This document shows positions 43,513 through 55,207 of a DNA stretch of 64,000 bases, in pieces. Origin of the DNA: Naegleria gruberi. Its lineage: Eukaryota. The notes beneath the pieces are model-generated. The model was given only the letters and a program-made list of their open reading frames with translations. It was not told the DNA's origin and did no database searches. The stretch's first letter is position 1. Each line of letters starts with the position of its first letter. Where the stretch lies: assembly GCA_000004985.1 (NCBI GenBank), contig GG738889.1, one strand, 5' to 3'. A program made the position numbers and the translations under genes.

Positions 43513-44875
43513 TTAATCCTCTGATTCTTCATCAGTGTTGGCTTGAGCATTTTCATCTAGCTCATCATAATCAGATTTCATCTCATCAAAGTTAAATAGT
43601 ACCATTGGAAATTCTTCTGATTCCATTCCTTCTCCCACAAACCAGTGGCAAAAAGCTCGTTTGGTATAACTTGGCATGTATGCCTTTTGTATTTCAATAA
43701 AGGTATTCATGATGGCAGTCGTATTATGTGCAACATGAGCAGTATTGGAAAATTTGAAAGGATCATTATTAATGATTGGAGTTTTAGAGAGTGAAGAGCT
43801 GATACTAGTTTGGACATATTTGCTAAATATTGAAGAAGCATCAGGAGATCGGAAATATGAGCTCGTATCAATAATATTTCTCAAAGAGTATCCTGAACCT
43901 CTCCAAGAAACATTTAAGGCAAGTGTTTTACCTGATGCAAGGTCAATATTATTCATTCTATTCGAAGCAGATACTAATTCAGAAGGATTATATTTTCCAA
44001 TTTCTGTGAAATCCGAAAAGTGATTCGAAATAAAGTTGACTCTTTTGAATGGTACCAAATGTTCATAAATTGATTTCATTGATTTTCCACTACGTATTCC
44101 AAATCGTTGACTAGATGTAAGACTGGAAATTGCTTGAGCTATGAGAAAGTTAATATCCTTATATTGTGGATTTTCCAAGCCATGCATTTTGCTTAAATTA
44201 TACAGTGATGTGTTATCAAAGAAAAAGCTTGCATCCACTGCTTCTCTAATTGCAGAAATTGAGAGTAATACATTATAGGAGGCCACTACCTCATTGGCAT
44301 ATTTAGAACATGGCAAGACTGAAAAGGTACTCTTTGAAAATTCAGTAATTTTGCAAATAGTATCAAAAACATACTGTTGAAATTTTCGTTTCATTCGCCA
44401 ATTTTGTACATAATGATTCAGCCCATCCAGATCCTGTTCCTCCAGACAATGAATGTGTCATCATGACTCCCTGTGGCGAATCACATCTCTCCAATAATTT
44501 TCTCAATCTATTCTCGATATCATCACTCTTTTCTTTGTACATCCAATATTTTCCCCTCGAATAAATCGATGCAGCACTTTCCTTTCCTCTTATTAAATTA
44601 TCCTTCTTATGTATTTTTGAATAGGGTGAAGAGGAAACTCCCAATGAATCCAAAACCTCAGGATCCGAATCAACAAACAAACTTCTCGATGAGAAAACAC
44701 CCTCCGAATTTTCATCAAAAACCGATCCAATATTATTATTTTCAATACTATCCACCTCAGAGAGTTGCATCTTTCCATCAGGTCCAACCATGTGCTCTCT
44801 CGCCAACAATTCCCACAATTCCAAACCAATCTGAGAACCAGCGCCACCAACATGAAGGAAAATGAGTTCGTGCAT
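43513..44875 (-). CDS. Divergent tubulin-superfamily protein (delta/epsilon-like) with a single-base frame break at ~44385 in an A-run
   Basis: ATG at 44875. N-terminus MHELIFLHVGGAGSQIGLELWELLAREH is a degenerate GQCGNQIG box. Signature SLSGGTGSGWAESLC. After a 1-nt frame shift (…KLANETK | FQQYVFDTICKITEFSKSTFSVLPC…), the canonical C-terminal helix RAFCHWFVGEGMESEEF and an acidic tail follow. Deleting one a from cgaaaattt restores one 454-aa frame. Confidence 0.7.
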
Positions 44876-45006
44876 TTTTTTTGTATTTTTTCGAGTTGTT
44901 GTTGTTCGGTTGCAGGGAACTTAGTTGGAACTTGGTTGTAACAATAGGAACAAGTAATTATTACAGGATAGTATTATGTATTAATTTTGTTAATGTTTAA
45001 CATGAA

Positions 45007-45079
45007 GCCGACATAGCTCAGTTGGGAGAGCGTAAGACTGAAGATCTTAAGGTCCCTGGTTCGATCCCTGGTGTCGGCA
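45007..45079 (+). tRNA. tRNA-Phe(GAA): tRNA-Phe (anticodon GAA), 73 nt, no intron
   Basis: GCCGACATAGCTCAGTTGGGAGAGCGTAAGACTGAAGATCTTAAGGTCCCTGGTTCGATCCCTGGTGTCGGCA. It has a 7-bp acceptor stem, a D-arm GCTC/GAGC, an anticodon stem TAAGA/TCTTA with loop CTGAAGA, and a T-loop TTCGATC. It is nearly identical to eukaryotic tRNA-Phe. One T:T mismatch sits in the T-stem. An oligo-T tract lies downstream (45083-45086). Confidence 0.85.
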
Positions 45080-45415
45080 AATTTTATAGTTTCCATTTAT
45101 AATTTTCTTCAATCCAATATTTATGAAAATGCTTTTACATGAAACAAATTAGCTTTACTCTGCTCGTTGGCCGTTCAAATAAAATATCATGATTTTTTCC
45201 AAATCTTTTTCTACATGAAATTCATCTCGTTCTATCCAATTAAACATTTTGGCCAAAAAAGCAAACTTTCATCACCAATTTTCAACTTCCATCAACACAA
45301 AAAAAGCCGAAATCCAATAGGCTCTGAACCGTTTTCTTCTTCTACTGCAAGAAATTAGACTAAACTCATACAAAATCAATTCAAACTAAACAACAGTATT
45401 CAATATTGTTGGATA

Positions 45416-47686
45416 ATGAGTTATTCAATTCATCACAATCCGTTGGAAATTCATTCCTCCAACACTCATCATCCTATTAATTCCTCTACATCTTCAACTA
45501 TTCGAAACTCGGAGATTGATAGTATTCATGAAAATAGAAAAACAATTAGTATTGGTGTTAATCATCATTATCCGATTGAAATATTGATGAGTAATAATTC
45601 GAATAATGTTTCGAATAACATGATGATGGTGAATAACAAATTTACAAATTTTCAGGCATTCATGATGAATGGTCAGGCGAGGGCCGATTTGATGCATTAT
45701 TTACGATTGAGGGAGAATGATGAGAATATAGTATTCGTGAATGAAATGTTTCAGATGAGAGAAAGTATTAGAAAGGTTATTCGAATGTTTTTATATGAAT
45801 TAAAATTGACAAATCATGAAAATTTGAGGAAGAGTACTACTACCACTATTGGAACAGCCAATAGTACTGAGAATGAAGAAACAGCTCTCAGTTCACTTGT
45901 TTCTCAACTCATTACAATAATAGATACCATACATAGACATTACTTATTAGGAAATGTTGTAAGTGGTGGAATAATGCTCAATACAACAAGTGCCATCCTA
46001 GAGAAATCAAAGAAGGATTACTCGACCTTCACACGAATATTTAACAAATCTCCACATACAACTGCTACAATGGAAGATCATGAAATTCTGGATACAATTA
46101 ATAGATTTTGTAATTATCTCCTTTTTGAGAAGGATCACAAGATGCATGATAAGGATTTGGAAAAACTGAAAAAGATTTTAATATCAGACGAATGTACTTT
46201 GGAAACGTTGAGCTCACAAATTAATTTCAGTGAGGATTTGGATGAGTTATTGAAACATGAATTATTTGCTCAATTGAAATGGTATCCATTCAGGGATTTG
46301 ATGAATAATATTATGAATCAGATTCGTTTGGAATGTTTTGATTCGTATAAGAATACGGATGATTTTGAAAATTTTGTAAAGAAGAAAATTCAAGAATTGA
46401 CTTCAGAGCAAATGTACAAATTGTTTTGTCAGAATGTGGACATTCTGGAAGGAACTGCTAATGAAAATTTTGTTGGAGATTATGTCATGTCAAAGAAGAA
46501 GAAGAGAAGATCACTTGTGGATGTAATTTTGAGGAGGAGACCAACTGAGGAAAGTGAAGAACAACATTCGCACCATCATCACAGTGATGCAGAGGCCTCT
46601 CAGTTTCTAGGTCTAGATCCGCTGAATACTGATCTAAGAGAATGGTTCTATCCATTACCAATACCCAAATGGACTAGTCGACACGTTATAGTTTTTATAT
46701 CTCATTTCTGTAACTATGAAGATCAGGATTTGGAAATTTATTGTAAACGAATTGAAAAGAAGAATATTGTAGGATTGGATTTGATGTGTCTCCTATCGGT
46801 GAATAGTAGTACGTCTACTTCGATGGGATCAATCCTTTCAAAAGATCCCTCTCAACATTTATTTAAGGAAATGAAAATGAAGAATCACGATCATCAACAA
46901 CGATTCTTTAATAATTTGATCGATTTCAATAGGAAACGAACCTTGATGAAGAGGAGATCGAGTATTAATCTCCTTGCATCAAATCCAATCAATGAAAAGA
47001 TTCTTCCATCGACACTCCAGCACCAACATGTTAGTGTGAAGGATTTGTACATGCCACTTGTGAATGAAGATCATCTCATTATTAAGGTAATTTCCACTGG
47101 CACTGATGAGTCTAGAATTTTCTCAATTGACAGAAATATTCCATTGGAGAGTCTCTATTCTAGGATTGAGGATGAATTTAAAAATTCGAAATTAATTGAA
47201 TTAATGGAAGGTTCTCTCTTTGAATTGAAATCATTGTACACTGAGGATGGACATGCAATACGAGATCAATTTCACTTGGTGGAATATTTGAGTTCCAAAA
47301 GATTGTCATCCACATTAAGCACACCAAGAAAACAATTTCCACAAGAGGAAGTATTGCCGACAGACCCAAATCATTTACTAGTTGGAAGCTATAATAATAG
47401 GATTATTGGAAGTTCCTATTCGAAAGAGGATGAATCAATTCTGGTGGATAGAGCTTCATTTGAAAAATCACTTGGGGATGTATTTGGTATAGAAAATTCT
47501 GTTCATGACGAAAGTGAATGGATAGAAAAAGTGGAGCCATTCACCAATGAAACTATTCTCATTCCACAAGAAGTAGTTACAGAAATGAAACCTGAAACAA
47601 AACCCACAAATGATGATGGTTTTAAAAAGCTTTACATTCAACCTTCGTGTGATAAAAAATTTCAAAGAAGATCAGTCGTCTACTGA
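45416..47686 (+). CDS. Hypothetical 756-aa multi-domain protein (possible RGS-like, SAM-like and C-terminal PB1/ubiquitin-like regions; family not firmly recognised)
   Basis: ATG at 45416. Uninterrupted ORF with coding-like composition. His-rich stretches. A SAM-like segment (WTSRHVIVFISHFCNYEDQDLEIYCKRIEKKNIVGLDLMCLL). A beta-grasp-like C-terminal segment (LIIKVISTGTDESRIFSIDRNIPLESLYSRIEDEF…). Confidence 0.45.
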   Translation: MSYSIHHNPLEIHSSNTHHPINSSTSSTIRNSEIDSIHENRKTISIGVNHHYPIEILMSNNSNNVSNNMMMVNNKFTNFQAFMMNGQARADLMHYLRLRENDENIVFVNEMFQMRESIRKVIRMFLYELKLTNHENLRKSTTTTIGTANSTENEETALSSLVSQLITIIDTIHRHYLLGNVVSGGIMLNTTSAILEKSKKDYSTFTRIFNKSPHTTATMEDHEILDTINRFCNYLLFEKDHKMHDKDLEKLKKILISDECTLETLSSQINFSEDLDELLKHELFAQLKWYPFRDLMNNIMNQIRLECFDSYKNTDDFENFVKKKIQELTSEQMYKLFCQNVDILEGTANENFVGDYVMSKKKKRRSLVDVILRRRPTEESEEQHSHHHHSDAEASQFLGLDPLNTDLREWFYPLPIPKWTSRHVIVFISHFCNYEDQDLEIYCKRIEKKNIVGLDLMCLLSVNSSTSTSMGSILSKDPSQHLFKEMKMKNHDHQQRFFNNLIDFNRKRTLMKRRSSINLLASNPINEKILPSTLQHQHVSVKDLYMPLVNEDHLIIKVISTGTDESRIFSIDRNIPLESLYSRIEDEFKNSKLIELMEGSLFELKSLYTEDGHAIRDQFHLVEYLSSKRLSSTLSTPRKQFPQEEVLPTDPNHLLVGSYNNRIIGSSYSKEDESILVDRASFEKSLGDVFGIENSVHDESEWIEKVEPFTNETILIPQEVVTEMKPETKPTNDDGFKKLYIQPSCDKKFQRRSVVY

Positions 47687-47765
47687 ATACTTATAAATAT
47701 AAACAACAAAGATTTCATTTGAATCAACTTTATAGTTTCCTTATTTCACAGTGTTTGCAATTTAA

Positions 47766-49619
47766 TTAAACAGAGGCTTCACTAGCATTAATAGTATCAA
47801 TGCTAGTATTGTTTGGATTATTTACGAGTTCAATGCTATCTCTACTGGTATCTTGATCTTTGGCTGCTTTTTTGCTGCCTTTTGGACCCTTCTTCTTATC
47901 CTTATCCACTGATGCAATAAACACATCCAAGACAAGAAATGCCACTATACACAATAAGAATGTTCCAACCATTAATGATTGAATTGCAATTATTGGTGTA
48001 AAGGTAGGAATAATAAATCCAACTGCTGAACTATTTGCCTGAATAAATCTAAAACCAGAGAAGGCCTCAGAGGTATTTTTCTTCTTGTAGTAATTCTTAC
48101 TACCAAGGATGGAATAAATTGAATTGGTTAAGAAGGCATCACCTGCAGCAAATAATCCCATAGTTACAAAGTGTATCAGCAAGACCTCAAATGGGACTCC
48201 TTCAGTACCATTTGGTTTGTAAATATGACCCCAATAAATCATTTGGAATGAAAGGGCAATGGCTATTGCGTGAATGATCAATCCCATCACCATACTAATT
48301 CGTTTTCCAACCATGTCATTCAATTTTCCTGATAAAAGGGCAGCAATTACTTGAACAATACCAAACAGAATCATAACCCATCCTACCATGAGTTTACCAA
48401 TAATTGGAGGCAAGGTGCCATAGAAAAATCCTTGTGAATATCCAGAATATATACTGATAAAGGAAAAGATGATCATCTTTTTAGAAAATAATACCAATAC
48501 AGTTCCCTTAACAAGTGACAAGAATTCCTTTGCTTGTTCTTTCAACTTTTCAAAACCCTTCAATTCGGATACATTCTCAGTTTCATTGTTTTCGTTGGTG
48601 GAAACCAAGTATTTCTTATCGAGTGGTCTCAATCCAAACAATGTCAAGCAACCTAAAATGCAAATAATTCCCAAAATAATGAATATCAATGAATTTGAAA
48701 TTCCCATATTAAGCAAAATACCAGCCAACAAATTACCACCAATGTAATTTGCCTGGAAAAGGGCAAAGAAAATACCACTGTAGAAACCCAGTAATTCTCC
48801 ACCACTACCACCACTATTACTATTGCCTTCTTCATTTGTCTTGCCTTCTTCTGCTAGCATTGATTTCTTATCAGCCTGACTCTTGGTATCCCTGAGTTCA
48901 ATCTCATTGGATTCTTGTTGCTTTTCCAACTTTCTCCTTCTAACATTTTGTGAATAGGTTGCTGACATGGTTAACATGCTTGCTTGAGCTGTCCACAATA
49001 ATCCAGCACAAAATCCACCATAACCAGAGGCAAGATAGAGTAAGGCAGCACTATTCAAAGCAGCAGAAAACACAAAAAGCACATATCCTGTACTAGCAAT
49101 TAGCAATGAACCTTTTACACCAACAACCTTACAAAAAGATGGAGATAAAAAGCTAGCAAATGCAAACATTGCGTACAATATTGCCAATGCAACAAATCCT
49201 TCCTCCTCTCTAATGGTAGTCAAAAAGTTTTGAGTTGTCTCATAGGAGCAAAACATCAAAAAGAATGAAACTCCAAGATTTGTCACATTAAACAATCCCT
49301 TATCTATAAAATTCATCTTGTTAAATAATTTACCCAAATATTCAAATTTTGAATTTGTCTGTATTTCATTTCGTGTATTATCAAATTCATCAATGGAAGA
49401 AATAGTTCCAGCAGCATCGGAAACAACGTCATCTATGGACGAAACTGGAAACCGTTGAGATGCATTCAGCTGTTCCTCTTTTAAATGGTATTGACTCAGC
49501 TCTACACTAGTGCTAGTGCTACTCATCATACTACCCTCTCCGAGAGCTATACTACCACCCAAAATAAAGTCCTCCTTTCCATCCATTGTTTTATCAACCA
49601 TCATTGTCATGTTATTCAT
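47766..49619 (-). CDS. MFS-type membrane protein, UNC93-like
   Basis: ATG at 49619. ~11 hydrophobic helices. UNC93-like N-domain (…VTNLGVSFFLMFCSYETTQNFLTTI…LLYLASGYGGFCAGLLWTAQ…). A charged central loop with a G/S/N-rich insert. Confidence 0.5.
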   Translation of the reverse strand: MNNMTMMVDKTMDGKEDFILGGSIALGEGSMMSSTSTSVELSQYHLKEEQLNASQRFPVSSIDDVVSDAAGTISSIDEFDNTRNEIQTNSKFEYLGKLFNKMNFIDKGLFNVTNLGVSFFLMFCSYETTQNFLTTIREEEGFVALAILYAMFAFASFLSPSFCKVVGVKGSLLIASTGYVLFVFSAALNSAALLYLASGYGGFCAGLLWTAQASMLTMSATYSQNVRRRKLEKQQESNEIELRDTKSQADKKSMLAEEGKTNEEGNSNSGGSGGELLGFYSGIFFALFQANYIGGNLLAGILLNMGISNSLIFIILGIICILGCLTLFGLRPLDKKYLVSTNENNETENVSELKGFEKLKEQAKEFLSLVKGTVLVLFSKKMIIFSFISIYSGYSQGFFYGTLPPIIGKLMVGWVMILFGIVQVIAALLSGKLNDMVGKRISMVMGLIIHAIAIALSFQMIYWGHIYKPNGTEGVPFEVLLIHFVTMGLFAAGDAFLTNSIYSILGSKNYYKKKNTSEAFSGFRFIQANSSAVGFIIPTFTPIIAIQSLMVGTFLLCIVAFLVLDVFIASVDKDKKKGPKGSKKAAKDQDTSRDSIELVNNPNNTSIDTINASEASV

Positions 49620-50145
49620 TTCTCTTCAAAAAAACCAATTTTCTCTCTCTTCATAAATTTCTCAACCAACTCCCTTTTTCATACTTTTTTCAACAACAAG
49701 CCTTCAAGTTATAAGTTTGTTATTAATTTTCTCTCTCTTCTTTTACTGCGGTATAATAAAGCCTAGAGCGTTCGGTATTTTAAGCTCGTAAGAGTGGTTG
49801 TGTTTTTTTTTTGATTTTTTCAAAATGCACCTTTTATTAATAAATATGCGTTTTTTTTATATTCGGGTATTAGGAGTGCCAAGTTTGGTGGTTAGGTTTT
49901 GCATTTCTTGTGGTGATTGTAAAGTAAGTCAGTGCATGGTGAAAATGAAAGATTTTTTGTGAACTGCTTATGAGATTTTGTTAAGGAGAAATTTACAAGA
50001 TTGCTAAGGAAAAAACGCGAATTTTCCATAAGGAAATCTTGTAATCTGTAATCCAATTGAACTCTTACCAACAGCTGAAAACAACTCCCCAAAACTCCTT
50101 GAATTAATTTTCTTGAATCAATTTACAAAAATCTTTTTAAAAAAA

Positions 50146-50766
50146 ATGAGTTTTGTGCAAACTTCATCACTCGACTTGCTTTCCTTGTTGTTTTCCGTCA
50201 GCACTGCCGGATCATCATCAAATATTTTCCATGAACAATTATTACATAGTGAGGTGGATAAAATTTGTGGACATGGTCCTAGCGTTGATTTGAAGCAATA
50301 TTTGTCTTCCGAAGCTCAAGAACAACCATCAGTGGATTTTACAACTGTACAAAAGATTTTAACAGCTGTGGATGCTTTTATATTCCGAGTAATGTCTTTG
50401 GATTTGAGTAGAGAGAGTATTGTTGAGGAACTTTTGGCTTGTAAGCTTACTGCTGAACAAGCTGAAGTTTTTGTTAGAGTATTGGAAGGAAGAAGATCGG
50501 AGCTTGTTAGAGCAATGAAGTATAAATGTATTAGTGAAATTTCACACTCCTATCTTGAAGACTTTGATTGGAAATTAAACTTGGTCGTTGCCAGTGATAA
50601 GTGTTCAAACATTCGTGAACCAATTGTACTTTTGAATTTGTTTGTCAAATCAGAGAATGAACAAAAAGTGAGAGAAGTTTTGGTGGAATTGACAAAGAAG
50701 GATTTGGATAATATTTTGAGCGAATTTGGAAAGATTCAAAATCAATTACAAAAGATTTCAGTGTAA
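50146..50766 (+). CDS. COMM-domain-containing protein (COMMD family)
   Basis: ATG at 50146; the track start 50113 is TTG. C-terminal COMM domain (…SYLEDFDWKLNLVVASDKCSNIREPIVLLNLFVKSENEQKVREVLVELTKKDLDNILSEFGKIQNQL…). Confidence 0.55.
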   Translation: MSFVQTSSLDLLSLLFSVSTAGSSSNIFHEQLLHSEVDKICGHGPSVDLKQYLSSEAQEQPSVDFTTVQKILTAVDAFIFRVMSLDLSRESIVEELLACKLTAEQAEVFVRVLEGRRSELVRAMKYKCISEISHSYLEDFDWKLNLVVASDKCSNIREPIVLLNLFVKSENEQKVREVLVELTKKDLDNILSEFGKIQNQLQKISV

Positions 50767-51054
50767 AACAATAATTGTGTAAATATTAAACATATTGAAA
50801 TATTAATAATATTTTCACATACATTATTGTTCGATAACAATTTATTTAATATGTAAAATAGAAAATGATTGTAATAAGACAATTTATTGTTGTGTTTTAA
50901 TGAATTTCAAATTAGAGAAAATATTTACAAAGTTTGTTTTGATTATTTCACAATTGTGTATATTATTTTACAGGAAAAAGGTTCTCATATGGGTAGTGAA
51001 TTGTTACAGTCACAGTGCTCGATTTGGTTAAATTTCATCATCTAAAGTGTGGTG

Positions 51055-52545
51055 TTAAACACAAGTAGAAAGCTTGCTGCCACCATTGGTAGTGATGGTT
51101 GTGGCTCCTATTATTTGTTCTTGTTGTTGTGGAGCTTTCTTAGTTTGTTGTTGTGTAGGTGATGAAGCACTTGTTGATGATGATGAGGCACTTTCTGACA
51201 TTGATTCTCTCTTTGCCAAGACAGCCAAACCAACTTTGCTGTTATTTTCACGATTCAAGTATGTTGAAATGTAATCTCCTGCATCAATAAGTTTGTCCAA
51301 ATCGACTCCAGTATTAATACCCATTCCGTGTAACATATAGACAACATCTTCTGTACTGATATTGCCTGAAGCACCTTTGGCATATGGGCAACCTCCCAAA
51401 CCAGCAACAGATGAGTCTACAGTTTCAACTCCGAACTGTAAAGATGTTAAAATATTCGAGAGAGCTTGTCCATAAGTATTGTGGAAGTGGACTGCAATTT
51501 GTCCTGTTGGAATCTTTTTACACACTTGATGAAGAAGCATTGAAACACTACCTGGTGTTCCGACACCAATGGTATCGCCCAAGCTTACTTCATAACATCC
51601 CATTTTCAATAATCTATAACTGACTTGAGCAACAGTCTCCGGTGACACATACCCAGAGTATGGACAACCTGCAACGCAACTCACATATCCTCTAATTTTC
51701 AAATCATTTTTGATGGCTAGTTCCATAACTTGGTCATATCTTTTGAAGGATTCTTCTACTGTACAGTTAATATTTTTCATACTGAAGGCATCACTGGCTG
51801 CCAAGAAAATGGCAACTTCTTTCACTCCGGCTTCGAGAGCTTGTTCTAGACCTTTTACGTTTGGTGTGAGAACTGGATAGGCAGTACCTTCTCTTCTTTT
51901 AATACCTGTAAAGACATCAAAGTTATCACCCATTTGTGGTACCCATTTCTATTTTATCAAGCAAACAATCACAGTATGAGAATTATGGACATTGAAAAAT
52001 TATTTGATGATAATCAAATGGAGGAGTGCAGCATTTTTGTCACACAATCATCAAGTGAGGATTATCATCCGATAAGAAAGAAATGCAGGTCGTGTAGTGA
52101 ATTGCAATATTTTTGTGATGGTCAAGTTCATAATCGTTAGATTATTGCATAAATACTATCAAATACTTACTGGTGACACAAAACTGGTGACTTCTACTGA
52201 TGGCAAACCAGCTTCTGTTAATTTATCAATTAGGGAAATCTTGACATTGGTTGGGACAAGTTTCTTTTCATTTTGGAGACCATCTCTTGGACCAACCTCA
52301 ACAATTTTAACGAATGATGGCATATTTGACATATTGGAAGAGCCTGTACCAAAGTTTGCAAACATTTCATGATTATTTGAGGAGAAACATCTTGTTTGAT
52401 GCTTATTAAACGATATTAAACTTGCATTGGACTTTTGTGATGCTCCCGAAGAGTGTGAGTTCAATTTAATGGATGAGAATCTCTTGGCATAGCTTGACAC
52501 AACCTTTGCACTTGTCTGAATGCTCAAAACTGCTTGTTGATTCAT
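51055..52545 (-). CDS. HMGCL: Hydroxymethylglutaryl-CoA lyase, mitochondrial-type, 2 exons: complement(join(51055..51948,52171..52545)); 222-nt intron
   Basis: Start ATG at 52545 ([23 protein letters not shown]…, presequence-like); the track start 52641 is TTG. Exon 1 ends …[47 protein letters not shown]|GTAAGT. Exon 2 begins [13 protein letters not shown]… directly after acceptor aaatag. This is exactly the [13 protein letters not shown] junction of human HMGCL. Collinear identity continues through …[13 protein letters not shown]…[12 protein letters not shown]…[13 protein letters not shown]…[19 protein letters not shown]…. A 50-aa S/Q-rich C-terminal extension replaces the usual C-terminal tripeptide. 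Confidence 0.87.
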
Positions 52546-53854
52546 AGTTGTGTATCTTGTTAATAGTAAAGAGTGTGGCAGTTGTATGTGACTCTGTATT
52601 GAGAAAGAGGACAATGAAGGAGGTAGGTGGTTAGTTATCAAATATGATTCAAAGTTTCCAGAAGTGACTTTTTTTTCGTTCGATTATTTAAAAAAAGACA
52701 CTGAATAGGAGTTTTTCGACGGATATTGCTCTAGTTTCAATGTCCTTCAATGTGCGGATTTGCGCGTACGTTTTCTAACACGTTGTTTGGTGGTGGAGAT
52801 TGATTTGAGTGGCAAGACACGTCTCTCTCTACGTAGAGTATTATTATTATTTTGTAAGAATTATGATATTGAGGCGATCCTGTTTAAGATTCTCAATAAT
52901 TGTAGTAATGGTTTGCTGGTGGTGGTTGGTGGACTTTGAAAAAAGCAGCAAAATGAATCAGTTAAGAGAAAATGCTTTTCAGTTGTTTGATTGTTTTTTT
53001 GTGAGAGAGATGAAGATCCTTGTGATTCTCTAACTTCTTCAGTCAATGGATTGAATCGAGGCAATTGTTTGTACTTGGGTTTTGCCTCTATTATTAGAAT
53101 GAATGCAAAATTGGATTTTCGCGTTTTTGTATCTTGATCTCAATTGGAATGAATGACCAAAAAGTTCAAAGCCTTGTTGTTTTATAAAATTCAAAATACA
53201 AGAAGATGAAGAAATTGGAGAGAGATGCTTGTGAGATGAACTCGCGCAATGATACTGTTCTTGTTTTTTTTAAATTAGTAATGCATAGAATTGATAGATG
53301 GACTTTGATCAACTCAATGCAGTTTGATGCGGAGGATGGTGGACATTGAAATAACACTGGACATCAACAAAGAACCTAATAATAACCGTAAGAAAGATAA
53401 TACAAAAATCAAAAAAGGTTGATGGAAATAGGTGGTGATGGGTTTCATGGAAGGAGAAAGCCTGTTTAGGTCCTTTTGAATCTCAGGAGAGAATGTTGAG
53501 GAGTTACGCAATGAGGTCATTGAGGTAGTTTCTCAATGCTGAGGACGTCATAATAAACGAAACTATACAACTTACTGTGTTGCAACTTGGGGAAAGTACT
53601 AGCTCTCTTAATTTTCAATATTTTTATTGAATGGGAAAGAGGAGGACAATAAGGACTGATAGGAAAAAAGACCGCGGCTGAAGCGGAGATTGAGCTGAAT
53701 GAAATTGAGTTTACAATAAGTATTACTCCTTCCATGAAACTGCATATTACATCCAAGCATGAATCTATTCTGTACAGAGATTATTGAAATCTACCAACTT
53801 GGCAACATTTTGCAAATAAATTAAATATTTAATAAATTACATTTGAATGTTACA

Positions 53855-55207
53855 TTATTGAATTATGGAAATATCAGAGAGGAGGTTTTTTCTTGAGCAA
53901 TTCAACAAACTCTTGAAAAATCTTTGAACACCCACATTAGCTCTATCCAGATAAAGTACCAAACTATTTGGACCAGTTTTGTAGGTAACTGCTTGTGAGC
54001 TGAATTCCTTTTTCACATCAACAAAAAGGTCATTAACTAAACCTGATGAATTGTATGCATTTCCCTTCAATACTAAAATATCTCCGTCCAATAGGAATGC
54101 CAAATAATCTCTATTCAGTTCCATTGAAATAATTTCTACAGGGAATGGATTGACGATTTGCCTCACATTCAATGATTTGTTTGATGAAGGCAAACCGTAC
54201 TTGTCCTCAATTTCGCTCACTGGAATATTGTTCAGTTTAGGATAATAATCATTACTGGTAGCATATAAATGATAGAATCCATAGATGGATTTTAAGAGTA
54301 AACTATCTGATCCAGCAAATCCAATTGTTGATGCAAAAGCTGGATTGATCCTTCCCATTAATTCCTTTTCTTCAATGCATTGTCCATTAAATGTGCTTCC
54401 TCCTATTATTATTATCATTTGAATAAATATAATATGGTATCAGCAGTATTGACAAGATCATTTCAAATAATTACACTTACCTGTATAAAGAATACCATCC
54501 TGAGTTATTGCACAAACGTGGAAATTACCAGCACACATTTTCATTATTGGAGCATGTGTTCTGACAATGAAATCTGGCCAATTATGTTCGTTACCTCCTT
54601 GAAGCCAATTTTGACCAGTCATGTGTATGTCAGTATTGTTGACAACACAAGTTGAGAAGGAAAATGAACAAGCAATATGAGTGATCTGTCCTCCTGAAGC
54701 CAGTTCAACACCAGGATTGAAGACAGGAATTGGAAAATATGAAAATCTTTCATCTCCACATTCTCTCCGCACTACACTGTTATCAGCCAATTGTCTATAT
54801 TGATTAGTTCCCATTCCATACAATACAGTTTGCTTTTCTTCCACATGTTTAACAAGAAAAATTACTTGTTCAGTGTATGACGATATATCCAACACCTTCT
54901 TTTTAATACCATCAAACTCATCATAGGTTTTCACTAAATATCCAGCATCGGTATTGTTTTGTAGTATTGTGCACTTGTCGTGTCTACTACTATTGGAACC
55001 ATCTTTTTCAATGACAAATACTCTGCCGCTCTCCTCTACAATTCTGATCGTGTTTGGATTGCAATCAACGTGTCTGATCCGAGTAATCTGAGGTATATGA
55101 GCAGTGATCAAATTCAAACGACTAGCAGAGTTGCCAAGAAAATGTGGACCATCAATTGGCTTCTCCTCCTTCGGCGTACTGGCAGAGTAGAAGGCAAATT
55201 TGAGCAT
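53855..55207 (-). CDS. RCC1-repeat (regulator of chromosome condensation-like) protein, 2 exons: complement(join(53855..54402,54481..55207))
   Basis: ATG at 55207; the track start 55231 is GTG. Donor G|GTAAGT at 54480, acceptor aataatag at 54403, a 78-nt intron, in phase. The junction …HVCAITQDGILYTG-GSTFNGQCIEE… is an RCC1 blade signature; other blades include …VLYGMGTNQYRQL…. Confidence 0.5.

Noticed and set aside
43110-44400. Introns as explanation for the kelch and tubulin frame breaks
   Set aside because: There is no GT…AG pair of plausible length at either site; the shortest confirmed introns here are ~39 nt. The frames differ by exactly one base within a few nucleotides.
43513-44875. 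Misato/DML1 identity for the tubulin-like gene
   Set aside because: An intact GGTGSG motif and a canonical tubulin C-terminal helix (RAFCHWFVGEGME) argue for a true tubulin-family member rather than misato.
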